From Nemertoderma westbladi (taxonomy: Eukaryota > Animalia > Xenacoelomorpha), in the NCBI GenBank assembly GCA_032718475.1, contig JAUCBJ010004465.1, positions 12,864-76,863 of the forward strand: a stretch of 64,000 nucleotides of DNA, read 5' to 3'. The notes beneath the pieces were generated by a model. That model had not been told where the DNA came from, searched no databases, and saw only the letters and a list, made by a program, of their open reading frames with translations. How positions within the stretch are numbered: position 1 is the first letter of the stretch; every line of letters starts with the position of its first letter. The translations under genes were made by a program, and so were the position numbers. This document shows positions 36,892 to 51,132 of this stretch, one piece after another.

Positions 36892-38522
36892 GGGGGGGGG
36901 GGGGGGGGGGGTACACCCCCCTATGGACCTTTTTTGCAAATGGCTATAATTTCTGCTTGTGTGTAATTTTGTATATTTTATACCTTTCGGGGGATTAACA
37001 TATGGCCAAAGATTGGGTTCAAAAAAAAAATTTTCAAATTTGCGTCGCCCTCTAGCGGCCACCAGCGAAATTGTTAATTTCACTAAAAACACTACTAGTC
37101 TCACAATTTTGGGCGAAAATTTTCGAAACTTGGTTTTTCTGAATCAGCATCCTCGGCTCCACAAAACTTATCGGTTACATTTTTTATTTAGGTCTTAAAT
37201 ATTTTTTAAATATTATTAACTAATATTAATTATTACTTAATAGATATTAACTAATTTCAAGAAATTAATATGGCACAATTCAAAATTCTAACCGATAACT
37301 TTTGATCAAAACCCGAAAAGAAATCAAACAAAAAAAAAATTTCGAAAATTGGTTAAGAAATGGCTGAGTAGTAGTATTTTGAATGTGAAAAATACAATTC
37401 CGAGATAAACGCATTTAAAGTTTAAGAACAATATATTTCAAATGTTCCCGCTATTTTCAGTACTGGTATCTCCTTTTCTTTTCCCATTGGTTATCCCCTA
37501 TCCATATTTTGTGATTTCTCAATGGATTTCATGAAATTTGGTTCAAAAAAACCCCTACCCACTTTTAACAACCTGTTAAAATAATTTTAGAGTGCTTGCC
37601 AAAAAACACTTCGCGCAGCACGTGAACAAATTACATTTTGGCGTATTGATTTGATCGCATACTATTTCGTCATTTAGTAATAAATAGTCATGGAATAATG
37701 AGATAACCTTAAGAAACATTCAAAATTATATAAAAATTTCCACATAATTTTATAATAAGCCTTTACACAGAACATTAAGCTTTGCGCAGCACGTGAAACC
37801 TTCGCGCAGCACGTGAGACATTTGCGCAGCAGGTGAAGGTTTCACGTAGCACTTAAATTCTTCATAAAGCACGTTAATTAATCGAGCACCTCGGAAAGCT
37901 TTTTGATCAGAATGAGAAGCCTTCACGCGGCACATGAAAAGTTCATGCTGCACATGAAGACTTCGCGCAGCACGTGAATTATTCTCAGAGCCTGCGGAAT
38001 TAAAAAAAAATAAGTTTATGGTTGTTTCCCAGAATAATTATTACTAGCTATTGTTATATGATGGTTCACATTTGTTATTACTAGTAGACAACTAGTCCAT
38101 TAGACAACTGTTCAATATGTAATACAAAACTCACAAATATCTATTAAATATATATTAATTAAAATTTGACGGACATGTTGACAGACAGACAGACATACAA
38201 ACAGACAGACAAACTGAGAGACAGACTGAGATACAGACATAGTGATTAGATAATTCCAAATATTAAAACAGACATCGACATTAAGAAAAATCCTAACAGT
38301 AAACATTTCAGATTGCTTATTTTATGCCCTTTTTAATATTTCGATGGACAGACAGACAGACATACAGACGGAAAACCAGCCATTACTCGAGAAGTAAAAG
38401 AGATCTCGCTAAGCCGTTTCCAGATTTGAAATCCGCATTAAATTCTACTCTAGATGAAATAAAAAAACAAAAAATGAAAATTTTGACCTGAGGGGGGGTG
38501 TACCCCCCCCCCCCCCCCCCCC
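36892..38522. mobile_element. Non-autonomous TIR DNA element with TTAA TSD (Kolobok-like termini)
   Basis: TTAA|(G)nTACACCCCCCT ... AGGGGGGGTGTA(C)n|TTAA. Contains internal GCGCAGCACGTGA and (CAGA)n repeats and no transposase. Confidence 0.75.
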
Positions 38523-38939
38523 TTAAGGTATGCAGCCAATAAAGCCAACCACAGAATGGATGATGCAACAATGTTAGCCAAGGGGTGGTTTAACAACCCA
38601 CATCAGGGGGCAGAGGCCAACATAGGCCCAATGGGAAATAGGAATTGTGAGGCAAGTATAAGCCGACCAATGAGACAGCGCCACCAGACAATTTTAATTT
38701 TAATTTTTTTAAATTTAATTTCATACATAACCAAATAATTGGAATGTACAGTAACAATGAATATTATAGGAAATGACATTGAGCAGACTGAGAATATAAA
38801 CACAATAGACAATACAAAAAATACACAATACTGCATAATAATAGGATTAGGTAATAGGAATATAACGAAAAAGAAAATAATATTAACATATTATGTAGTT
38901 GTGACTGCGATTAAAATATCAAATAAAGCGGTGTCTGTT

Positions 38940-41900
38940 AAATTGTTAAGTTCTGAAGACCCTGATCTAATAGCGATACTTTCCTTACATTTGTTACGTT
39001 CTGAAGACCCTGATCTAATAGCGATAATTTCCTTACATTTGTTAAGTTCTGATGACCCTGATCTAATAGCGATAATTTCCTTACATTTTTTAAGTTCTGA
39101 AGACCCTGATCTAATAGCGATAATTTCCTTACATTTGTTACGTTCTGAAGACCCTGATCTAATAGCGATAATTTCCTTACATTTGTTACGTTCTGAAGAC
39201 CCTGATCTAATAGCGATAATTTCCTTACATTTGTTACGTTCTGAAGACCCTGATCTAATAGCGATAATTTCTTTACATTTGTTACGTTCTGAAGACCCTG
39301 ATCTAATAGCGATAATTTCTTTACATTTGTTACGTTCTGAAGACCCTGATCTAATAGCGATAATTTCCTTACATTTGTTACGTTCTGAAGACCCTGATCT
39401 AATAGCGATAATTTCCTTACATTTGTTACGTTCTGAAGACCCTGATCTAATAGCGATAATTTCCTTACATTTGTTACGTTCTGAAGACCCTGATCTAATA
39501 GCGATAATTTCCTTACATTTGTTAAGTTCTGAAGACCCTGATCTAATAGCGATAATTTCCTTACATTTGTTAAGTTCTGAAGACCCTGATCTAATAGCGA
39601 TAATTTCCTTACATTTGTTAAGTTCTGAAGACCCTGATCTAATAGCGATAATTTCTTTACATTTGTTACGTTCTGAAGACCCTGATGTAATAGCGATAAT
39701 TTCCTTACATTTGTTACGTTCTGAAGACCCTGATCTAATAGCGATAATTTCCTTACATTTGTTAAGTTCTGGTAGACCCTGATCTAATAGCGATAATTTC
39801 CTTACATTTGTTACGTTCTGAAGACCCTGATCTAATAGCGATAATTTCTTTACATTTGTTAAGTTCTGAAGACCCTGATCTAATAGCGATAATTTCCCTA
39901 CATTTGTTAAGTTCTGAAGACCCTGATCTAATAGCGATAATTTCCTTACATTTGTTACGTTCTGAAGACCCTGATCTAATAGCGATAATTTCTTTACATT
40001 TGTTAAGTTCTGAAGACCCTGATCTAATAGCGATAATTTCTTTACATTTGTTAAGTTCTGAAGACCCTGATCTAATAGCGATAATTTCCTTACATTTGTT
40101 ACTTTCTGAAGACCCTGGTCTAATAGCGATAATTTCCTTACATTTGTTAAGTTCTGAAGACCCTGATCTAATAGCGATAATTTCCTTACATTTGTTAAGT
40201 TCTGAAGACCCTGATCTAATAGCGATAATTTCCTTACATTTGTTACGTTCTGAAGACCCTGATCTAATAGCGATAATTTCTTTACATTTGTTAAGTTCTG
40301 AAGACCCTGATCTAATAGCGATAATTTCCCTACATTTGTTAAGTTCTGAAGACCCTGATCTAATAGCGATAATTTCCTTACATTTGTTACGTTCTGAAGA
40401 CCCTGATCTAATAGCGATAATTTCCTTACATTTGTTACGTTCTGAAGACCCTGGTCTAATAGCGATAATTTCCTTACATTTGTTAAGTTCTGATGACCCT
40501 GATCTAATAGCGATAATTTCTTTACATTTGTTACGTTCTGAAGACCCTGATGTAATAGCGATAATTTCCTTACATTTGTTACGTTCTGAAGACCCTGATC
40601 TAATAGAGATAATTTCCTTACATTTGTTAAGTTCTGAAGACCCTGATCTAATAGCGATAATTTCCTTACATTTGTTACGTTCTGAAGACCCTGATCTAAT
40701 AGCGATAATTTCCTTACATTTGTTACGTTCTGAAGACCCTGATCTAATAGCGATAATTTCCTTACATTTGTTACGTTCTGAAGACCCTGATCTAATAGCG
40801 ATAATTTCTTTACATTTGTTACGTTCTGAAGACCCTGATCTAATAGCGATAATTTCCTTACATTTGTTACGTTCTGAAGACCCTGATCTAATAGCGATAA
40901 TTTCTCTACATTTGTTAAGTTCTGAAGACCCTGATCTAATAGCGATAATTTCTTTACATTTGTTAAGTTCTGATGACCCTGATCTAATAGCGATAATTTC
41001 CTTACATTTGTTACGTTCTGAAGACCCTGATCTAATAGCGATAATTTCCCTACATTTGTTAAGTTCTGAAGACCCTGATCTAATAGCGATAATTTCCTTA
41101 CATTTGTTAAGTTCTGAAGACCCTGATCTAATAGCGATAATTTCTTTACATTTGTTAAGTTCTGAAGACCCTGATCTAATAGCGATAATTTCTTTACATT
41201 TGTTACGTTCTGAAGACCCTGATCTAATAGCGATAATTTCTTTACATTTGTTACGTTCTGAAGACCCTGATCTAATAGCGATAATTTCTCTACATTTGTT
41301 AAGTTCTGAAGACCCTGATCTAATAGCGATAATTTCCTTACATTTGTTAAGTTCTGAAGACCCTGATCTAATAGCGATAATTTCCTTACATTTGTTAAGT
41401 TCTGAAGACCCTGATCTAATAGCGATAATTTCCTTACATTTGTTAAGTTCTGAAGACCCTGATCTAATAGCGATAATTTCCTTACATTTGTTAAGTTCTG
41501 AAGACCCTGATCTAATAGCGATAATTTCCTTACATTTGTTACGTTCTGAAGACCCTGATCTAATAGCGATAATTTCTCTACATTTGTTAAGTTCTGAAGA
41601 CCCTGATCTAATAGCGATAATTTCTTTACATTTGTTAAGTTCTGATGACCCTGATCTAATAGCGATAATTTCCTTACATTTGTTACGTTCTGAAGACCCT
41701 GATCTAATAGCGATAATTTCTCTACATTTGTTAAGTTCTGAAGACCCTGATCTAATAGCGATAATTTCTTTACATTTGTTAAGTTCTGATGACCCTGATC
41801 TAATAGCGATAATTTCCTTACATTTGTTACGTTCTGAAGACCCTGATCTAATAGCGATAATTTCCCTACATTTGTTAAGTTCTGAAGACCCTGATCTAAT

Positions 41901-44900
41901 AGCGATAATTTCCTTACATTTGTTAAGTTCTGAAGACCCTGATCTAATAGCGATAATTTCTTTACATTTGTTAAGTTCTGAAGACCCTGATCTAATAGCG
42001 ATAATTTCTTTACATTTGTTACGTTCTGAAGACCCTGATCTAATAGCGATAATTTCTTTACATTTGTTACGTTCTGAAGACCCTGATCTAATAGCGATAA
42101 TTTCTCTACATTTGTTAAGTTCTGAAGACCCTGATCTATTAGCGATAATTTCCTTACATTTGTTAAGTTCTGAAGACCCTGATCTAATAGCGATAATTTC
42201 CTTACATTTGTTAAGTTCTGAAGACCCTGATCTAATAGCGATAATTTCCTTACATTTGTTACGTTCTGAAGACCCTGATCTAATAGCGATAATTTCTCTA
42301 CATTTGTTAAGTTCTGAAGACCCTGATCTAATAGCGATAATTTCTTTACATTTGTTAAGTTCTGATGACCCTGATCTAATAGCGATAATTTCCTTACATT
42401 TGTTACGTTCTGAAGACCCTGATCTAATAGCGATAATTTCTCTACATTTGTTAAGTTCTGAAGACCCTGATCTAATAGCGATAATTTCTTTACATTTGTT
42501 AAGTTCTGATGACCCTGATCTAATAGCGATAATTTCCTTACATTTGTTACGTTCTGAAGACCCTGATCTAATAGCGATAATTTCCCTACATTTGTTAAGT
42601 TCTGAAGACCCTGATCTAATAGCGATAATTTCCTTACATTTGTTAAGTTCTGAAGACCCTGATCTAATAGCGATAATTTCTTTACATTTGTTAAGTTCTG
42701 AAGACCCTGATCTAATAGCGATAATTTCTTTACATTTGTTAAGTTCTGAAGACCCTGATCTAATAGCGATAATTTCCTTACATTTGTTACGTTCTGAAGA
42801 CCCTGATCTAATAGCGATAATTTCCTTACATTTGTTACGTTCTGAAGACCCTGATCTAATAGCGATAATTTCCTTACATTTGTTACGTTCTGAAGACCCT
42901 GATCTAATAGCGATAATTTCCTTACATTTGTTACGTTCTGAAGACCCTGATCTAATAGCGATAATTTCCTTACATTTGTTACGTTCTGAAGACCCTGATC
43001 TAATAGCGATAATTTCCTTACATTTGTTACGTTCTGAAGACCCTGATCTAATAGCGATAATTTCCTTACATTTGTTACGTTCTGAAGACCCTGATCTAAT
43101 AGCGATAATTTCCTTACATTTGTTAAGTTCTGAAGACCCTGATCTAATAGCGATAATTTCCTTACATTTGTTACGTTCTGAAGACCCTGATCTAATAGCG
43201 ATAATTTCCTTACATTTGTTAAGTTCTGAAGACCCTGATCTAATAGCGATAATTTCCTTACATTTGTTAAGTTCTGAAGACCCTGATCTAATAGCGATAA
43301 TTTCCTTACATTTGTTAAGTTCTGAAGACCCTGATCTAATAGCGATAATTTCTTTACATTTGTTACGTTCTGAAGACCCTGATCTAATAGCGATAATTTC
43401 CTTACATTTGTTACGTTCTGAAGACCCTGATCTAATAGCGATAATTTCCTTACATTTGTTAAGTTCTGAAGACCCTGATCTAATAGCGATAATTTCCTTA
43501 CATTTGTTAAGTTCTGAAGACCCTGATCTAATAGCGATAATTTCCTTACATTTGTTACGTTCTGAAGACCCTGATCTAATAGCGATAATTTCCTTACATT
43601 TGTTACGTTCTGAAGACCCTGATCTAATAGCGATAATTTCCTTACATTTGTTACGTTCTGAAGACCCTGATCTAATAGCGATAATTTCCTTACATTTGTT
43701 ACGTTCTGAAGACCCTGATCTAATAGCGATAATTTCCTTACATTTGTTAAGTTCTGAAGACCCTGATCTAATAGCGATAATTTCCTTACATTTGTTAAGT
43801 TCTGAAGACCCTGATCTAATAGCGATAATTTCCTTACATTTGTTACGTTCTGAAGACCCTGATCTAATAGCGATAATTTCCTTACATTTGTTACGTTCTG
43901 AAGACCCTGATCTAATAGCGATAATTTCCTTACATTTGTTACGTTCTGAAGACCCTGATCTAATAGCGATAATTTCCTTACATTTGTTACGTTCTGAAGA
44001 CCCTGATCTAATAGCGATAATTTCTTTACATTTGTTACGTTCTGAAGACCCTGATCTAATAGCGATAATTTCCTTACATTTGTTACGTTCTGAAGACCCT
44101 GATCTAATAGCGATAATTTCCTTACATTTGTTACGTTCTGAAGACCCTGATCTAATAGCGATAATTTCCTTACATTTGTTACGTTCTGAAGACCCTGATC
44201 TAATAGCGATAATTTCCTTACATTTGTTAAGTTCTGAAGACCCTGATCTAATAGCGATAATTTCCTTACATTTGTTAAGTTCTGAAGACCCTGATCTAAT
44301 AGCGATAATTTCCTTACATTTGTTAAGTTCTGAAGACCCTGATCTAATAGCGATAATTTCTTTACATTTGTTACGTTCTGAAGACCCTGATCTAATAGCG
44401 ATAATTTCCTTACATTTGTTACGTTCTGAAGACCCTGATCTAATAGCGATAATTTCCTTACATTTGTTAAGTTCTGAAGACCCTGATCTAATAGCGATAA
44501 TTTCCTTACATTTGTTACGTTCTGAAGACCCTGATCTAATAGCGATAATTTCCTTACATTTGTTAAGTTCTGAAGACCCTGATCTAATAGCGATAATTTC
44601 CTTACATTTGTTAAGTTCTGAAGACCCTGATCTAATAGCGATAATTTCCTTACATTTGTTACGTTCTGAAGACCCTGATCTAATAGCGATAATTTCTTTA
44701 CATTTGTTAAGTTCTGAAGACCCTGATCTAATAGCGATAATTTCTTACATTTGTTAAGTTCTGAAGACCCTGATCTAATAGCGATAATTTCCTTACATTT
44801 GTTACGTTCTGAAGACCCTGATCTAATAGCGATAATTTCCTTACATTTGTTAAGTTCTGAAGACCCTGATCTAATAGCGATAATTTCCTTACATTTGTTA

Positions 44901-47900
44901 AGTTCTGAAGACCCTGATCTAATAGCGATAATTTCCTTACATTTGTTACGTTCTGAAGACCCTGATCTAATAGCGATAATTTCCTTACATTTGTTAAGTT
45001 CTGAAGACCCTGATCTAATAGCGATAATTTCCTTACATTTGTTAAGTTCTGAAGACCCTGATCTAATAGCGATAATTTCCTTACATTTGTTACGTTCTGA
45101 AGACCCTGATCTAATAGCGATAATTTCCTTACATTTGTTACGTTCTGAAGACCCTGATCTAATAGCGATAATTTCCTTACATTTGTTAAGTTCTGATGAC
45201 CCTGATCTAATAGCGATAATTTCTTTACATTTGTTACGTTCTGAAGACCCTGATGTAATAGCGATAATTTCCTTACATTTGTTACGTTCTGAAGACCCTG
45301 ATCTAATAGCGATAATTTCCTTACATTTGTTAAGTTCTGAAGACCCTGATCTAATAGCGATAATTTCCTTACATTTGTTACGTTCTGAAGACCCTGATCT
45401 AATAGCGATAATTTCCTTACATTTGTTACGTTCTGAAGACCCTGATCTAATAGCGATAATTTCCTTACATTTGTTACGTTCTGAAGACCCTGATCTAATA
45501 GCGATAATTTCTTTACATTTGTTACGTTCTGAAGACCCTGATCTAATAGCGATAATTTCCTTACATTTGTTACGTTCTGAAGACCCTGATCTAATAGCGA
45601 TAATTTCTCTACATTTGTTAAGTTCTGAAGACCCTGATCTAATAGCGATAATTTCTTTACATTTGTTAAGTTCTGATGACCCTGATCTAATAGCGATAAT
45701 TTCCTTACATTTGTTACGTTCTGAAGACCCTGATCTAATAGCGATAATTTCCTTACATTTGTTAAGTTCTGAAGACCCTGATCTAATAGCGATAATTTCC
45801 TTACATTTGTTAAGTTCTGAAGACCCTGATCTAATAGCGATAATTTCTTTACATTTGTTAAGTTCTGAAGACCCTGATCTAATAGCGATAATTTCTTTAC
45901 ATTTGTTACGTTCTGAAGACCCTGATCTAATAGCGATAATTTCTTTACATTTGTTACGTTCTGAAGACCCTGATCTAATAGCGATAATTTCTCTACATTT
46001 GTTAAGTTCTGAAGACCCTGATCTAATAGCGATAATTTCCTTACATTTGTTAAGTTCTGAAGACCCTGATCTAATAGCGATAATTTCCTTACATTTGTTA
46101 AGTTCTGAAGACCCTGATCTAATAGCGATAATTTCCTTACATTTGTTAAGTTCTGAAGACCCTGATCTAATAGCGATAATTTCCTTACATTTGTTAAGTT
46201 CTGAAGACCCTGATCTAATAGCGATAATTTCCTTACATTTGTTACGTTCTGAAGACCCTGATCTAATAGCGATAATTTCTCTACATTTGTTAAGTTCTGA
46301 AGACCCTGATCTAATAGCGATAATTTCTTTACATTTGTTAAGTTCTGATGACCCTGATCTAATAGCGATAATTTCCTTACATTTGTTACGTTCTGAAGAC
46401 CCTGATCTAATAGCGATAATTTCTCTACATTTGTTAAGTTCTGAAGACCCTGATCTAATAGCGATAATTTCTTTACATTTGTTAAGTTCTGATGACCCTG
46501 ATCTAATAGCGATAATTTCCTTACATTTGTTACGTTCTGAAGACCCTGATCTAATAGCGATAATTTCCCTACATTTGTTAAGTTCTGAAGACCCTGATCT
46601 AATAGCGATAATTTCCTTACATTTGTTAAGTTCTGAAGACCCTGATCTAATAGCGATAATTTCTTTACATTTGTTAAGTTCTGAAGACCCTGATCTAATA
46701 GCGATAATTTCTTTACATTTGTTACGTTCTGAAGACCCTGATCTAATAGCGATAATTTCTTTACATTTGTTACGTTCTGAAGACCCTGATCTAATAGCGA
46801 TAATTTCTCTACATTTGTTAAGTTCTGAAGACCCTGATCTATTAGCGATAATTTCCTTACATTTGTTAAGTTCTGAAGACCCTGATCTAATAGCGATAAT
46901 TTCCTTACATTTGTTAAGTTCTGAAGACCCTGATCTAATAGCGATAATTTCCTTACATTTGTTACGTTCTGAAGACCCTGATCTAATAGCGATAATTTCT
47001 CTACATTTGTTAAGTTCTGAAGACCCTGATCTAATAGCGATAATTTCTTTACATTTGTTAAGTTCTGATGACCCTGATCTAATAGCGATAATTTCCTTAC
47101 ATTTGTTACGTTCTGAAGACCCTGATCTAATAGCGATAATTTCTCTACATTTGTTAAGTTCTGAAGACCCTGATCTAATAGCGATAATTTCTTTACATTT
47201 GTTAAGTTCTGATGACCCTGATCTAATAGCGATAATTTCCTTACATTTGTTACGTTCTGAAGACCCTGATCTAATAGCGATAATTTCCCTACATTTGTTA
47301 AGTTCTGAAGACCCTGATCTAATAGCGATAATTTCCTTACATTTGTTAAGTTCTGAAGACCCTGATCTAATAGCGATAATTTCTTTACATTTGTTAAGTT
47401 CTGAAGACCCTGATCTAATAGCGATAATTTCTTTACATTTGTTACGTTCTGAAGACCCTGATCTAATAGCGATAATTTCTTTACATTTGTTACGTTCTGA
47501 AGACCCTGATCTAATAGCGATAATTTCTTTACATTTGTTAAGTTCTGAAGACCCTGATCTAATAGCGATAATTTCCTTACATTTGTTACGTTCTGAAGAC
47601 CCTGATCTAATAGCGATAATTTCCTTACATTTGTTAAGTTCTGAAGACCCTGATCTAATAGCGATAATTTCCTTACATTTGTTACGTTCTGAAGACCCTG
47701 ATCTAATAGCGATAATTTCCTTACATTTGTTACGTTCTGAAGACCCTGATCTAATAGCGATAATTTCCCTACATTTGTTAAGTTCTGAAGACCCTGATCT
47801 AATAGCGATAATTTCCTTACATTTGTTAAGTTCTGAAGACCCTGATCTAATAGCGATAATTTCCTTACATTTGTTAAGTTCTGAAGACCCTGATCTAATA

Positions 47901-50233
47901 GCGATAATTTCCTTGCATTTGTTAAGTTCTGAAGACCCTGATCTAATAGCGATAATTTCCTTACATTTGTTAAGTTCTGAAGACCCTGATCTAATAGCGA
48001 TAATTTCCTTACATTTGTTAAGTTCTGAAGACCCTGATCTAATAGCGATAATTTCTTTACATTTGTTACGTTCTGAAGACCCTGATCTAATAGCGATAAT
48101 TTCCTTACATTTGTTAAGTTCTGAAGACCCTGATCTAATAGCGATAATTTCCTTACATTTGTTAAGTTCTGAAGACCCTGATCTAATAGCGATAATTTCT
48201 TTACATTTGTTACGTTCTGAAGACCCTGATCTAATAGCGATAATTTCCTTACATTTGTTAAGTTCTGAAGACCCTGATCTAATAGCGATAATTTCTTTAC
48301 ATTTGTTACGTTCTGAAGACCCTGATCTAATAGCGATAATTTCCTTACATTTGTTAAGTTCTGAAGACCCTGATCTAATAGCGATAATTTCCTTACATTT
48401 GTTAAGTTCTGAAGACCCTGATCTAATAGCGATAATTTCCTTACATTTGTTAAGTTCTGAAGACCCTGATCTAATAGCGATAATTTCCTTACATTTGTTA
48501 CGTTCTGAAGACCCTGATCTAATAGCGATAATTTCCTTACATTTGTTAAGTTCTGAAGACCCTGATCTAATAGCGATAATTTCCTTACATTTGTTAAGAT
48601 CTGAAGACCCTGATCTAATAGCGATAATTTCCTTAATAGCGATAATTTCCTTACATTTGTTACGTTCTGAAGACCCTGATCTAATAGCGATAATTTCCTT
48701 ACATTTGTTAAGTTCTGAAGACCCTGATCTAATAGCGATAATTTCCTTACATTTGTTAAGTTCTGAAGACCCTGATCTAATAGCGATAATTTCCTTACAT
48801 TTGTTAAGTTCTGAAGACCCTGATCTAATAGCGATAATTTCCTTACATTTGTTAAGATCTGAAGACCCTGATCTAATAGCGATAATTTCTTTACATTTGT
48901 TACGTTCTGAAGACCCTGATCTAATAGCGATAATTTCCTTAATAGCGATAATTTCCTTACATTTGTTACGTTCTGAAGACCCTGATCTAATAGCGACAAT
49001 TTCCTTACATTTGTTAAGTTCTGAAGACCCTGATCTAATAGCGATAATTTCCTTACATTTGTTACGTTCTGAAGACCCTGATCTAATAGCGATAATTTCC
49101 TTACATTTGTTAAGTTCTGAAGACCCTGATCTAATAGCGATAATTTCCTTACATTTGTTAAGATCTGAAGACCCTGATCTAATAGCGATAATTTCCTTAA
49201 TAGCGATAATTTCCTTACATTTGTTACGTTCTGAAGACCCTGATCTAATAGCGATAATTTCCTTACATTTGTTAAGTTCTGAAGACCCTGATCTAATAGC
49301 GATAATTTCCTTACATTTGTTAAGTTCTGAAGACCCTGATCTAATAGCGATAATTTCCTTACATTTGTTAAGTTCTGAAGACCCTGATCTAATAGCGATA
49401 ATTTCCTTACATTTGTTAAGATCTGAAGACCCTGATCTAATAGCGATAATTTCTTTACATTTGTTACGTTCTGAAGACCCTGATCTAATAGCGATAATTT
49501 CCTTAATAGCGATAATTTCCTTACATTTGTTACGTTCTGAAGACCCTGATCTAATAGCGACAATTTCCTTACATTTGTTAAGTTCTGAAGACCCTGATCT
49601 AATAGCGATAATTTCCTTACATTTGTTAAGTTCTGAAGACCCTGATGTAATAGCGATAATTTCCTTACATTTGTTAAGTTCTGAAGACCCTGATCTAATA
49701 GCGATAATTTCCTTACATTTGTTAAGTTCTGAAGACCCTGATCTAATAGCGATAATTTCCTTACATTTGTTAAGTTCTGAAGACCCTGATCTAATAGCGA
49801 TAATTTCCTTACATTTGTTAAGTTCTGAAGACCCTGATCTAATAGCGATAATTTCCTTACATTTGTTAAGTTCTGAAGACCCTGATCTAATAGCGATAAT
49901 TTCCTTACATTTGTTAAGATCTGAAGACCCTGATCTAATAGCGATAATTTCTTTACATTTGTTACGTTCTGAAGACCCTGATCTAATAGCGATAATTTCC
50001 TTAATAGCGATAATTTCCTTACATTTGTTACGTTCTGAAGACCCTGATCTAATAGCGATAATTTCCTTACATTTGTTAAGTTCTGAAGACCCTGATCTAA
50101 TAGCGATAATTTCCTTACATTTGTTACGTTCTGAAGACCCTGATCTAATAGCGATAATTTCCTTACATTTGTTAAGTTCTGAAGACCCTGATCTAATAGC
50201 GATAATTTCCTTACATTTGTTAAGTTCTGAAGA
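38940..50233 (+). repeat. 48-bp satellite (TCTGAAGACCCTGATCTAATAGCGATAATTTCCTTACATTTGTTAMGT), about 235 units, intronic
   Basis: Directly visible; lies between phase-compatible glycogen synthase exons. Confidence 0.98.
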
Positions 50234-50569
50234 GGTGAGCTCCACAAAAGTTAACGGTTTTTATGAAAATTAATTAATATTTATTAATATTTGGCAAAAT
50301 TTTAACAAATTTTTGGCTTTCATTTGAAAAATTGACTTTAAAAACAGAAATATAAAAATTCCAACCGATAACTTTTAATGAACAGCCGAAACCCTTACGA
50401 ATGAGCCAAAAATAAAGAAACAGGTTAAAAAATGGAGGAGGAGTAGTATTTTGAAAATTGAAAAATGTCATTCCGAGATAATTGCCTTCAAAGTTTAAAC
50501 CCTCCCGCTAAAAGTGGCTGTCTGTGGTCTGGTTATAAACCCCCTTAAATTACTTCGATTTCATTCTAG

Positions 50570-50660
50570 AGCTAACGATGATATAAAAGTTACAGTAATA
50601 GCTTTCTTAATTCTCCCTACGGCAACCAATGGATACAACGATGACACAATATCTGGCCAG
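50570..50660 (+). CDS. GYS: Glycogen synthase internal exon
   Basis: (R)ANDDIKVTVIAFLILPTATNGYNDDTISGQ corresponds to the TVVAF..P..TNNFNVE.LKGQ segment; AG/GT boundaries, phase fits. Confidence 0.88.
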
Positions 50661-50971
50661 GTAGCTCAATTAAGTAAACAAATACAGTATTCTACCCTAT
50701 ATAAATAATACACCTTATCCCGTGAAAAATTAAGATATTGGTGCAAATGGACCGCAAGTGAAATATATTTTCGTTTATTGTTTTGGTTAGAAAATACCCA
50801 AACTCTAACCTTCATTCCCATTAATGTTTTAAATTAAATTAATATTCTGCAAAACACATATACTGCATTTGGTGTTTGCTGTCATTTTGCGCCACTAACT
50901 CAGTAAATTACATAATAAACTAATGAAGGAAACTATATTTAACGCTATCACATGTACTAATTACTTCTTAG

Positions 50972-51132
50972 GGTCTAGTTCGACAATTGAAAGGCATTGT
51001 TAGTGACGTCACGAAACACGTTGGAAAGCGACTGCTGAAGTCTGCATTGGACGGGGAAGTTTTATCTCCAGCAGAATTTATTGACCAGCCCGACATTATT
51101 AAACTAAAGAAAGCTATTCTAGAAACGAAAAG
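50972..51132 (+). CDS. GYS: Glycogen synthase internal exon
   Basis: GLVRQLKGIVSDVTKHVGKRLLKSALDG...IIKLKKAILETK; AG/GT boundaries, phase fits. Confidence 0.85.

Noticed and set aside
38739-50273. Giant ORFs of 1649-3784 aa as protein-coding genes
   Set aside because: They result from a stop-free 48-bp unit, switch frame at indels, have no unique domains and lie in an intron.
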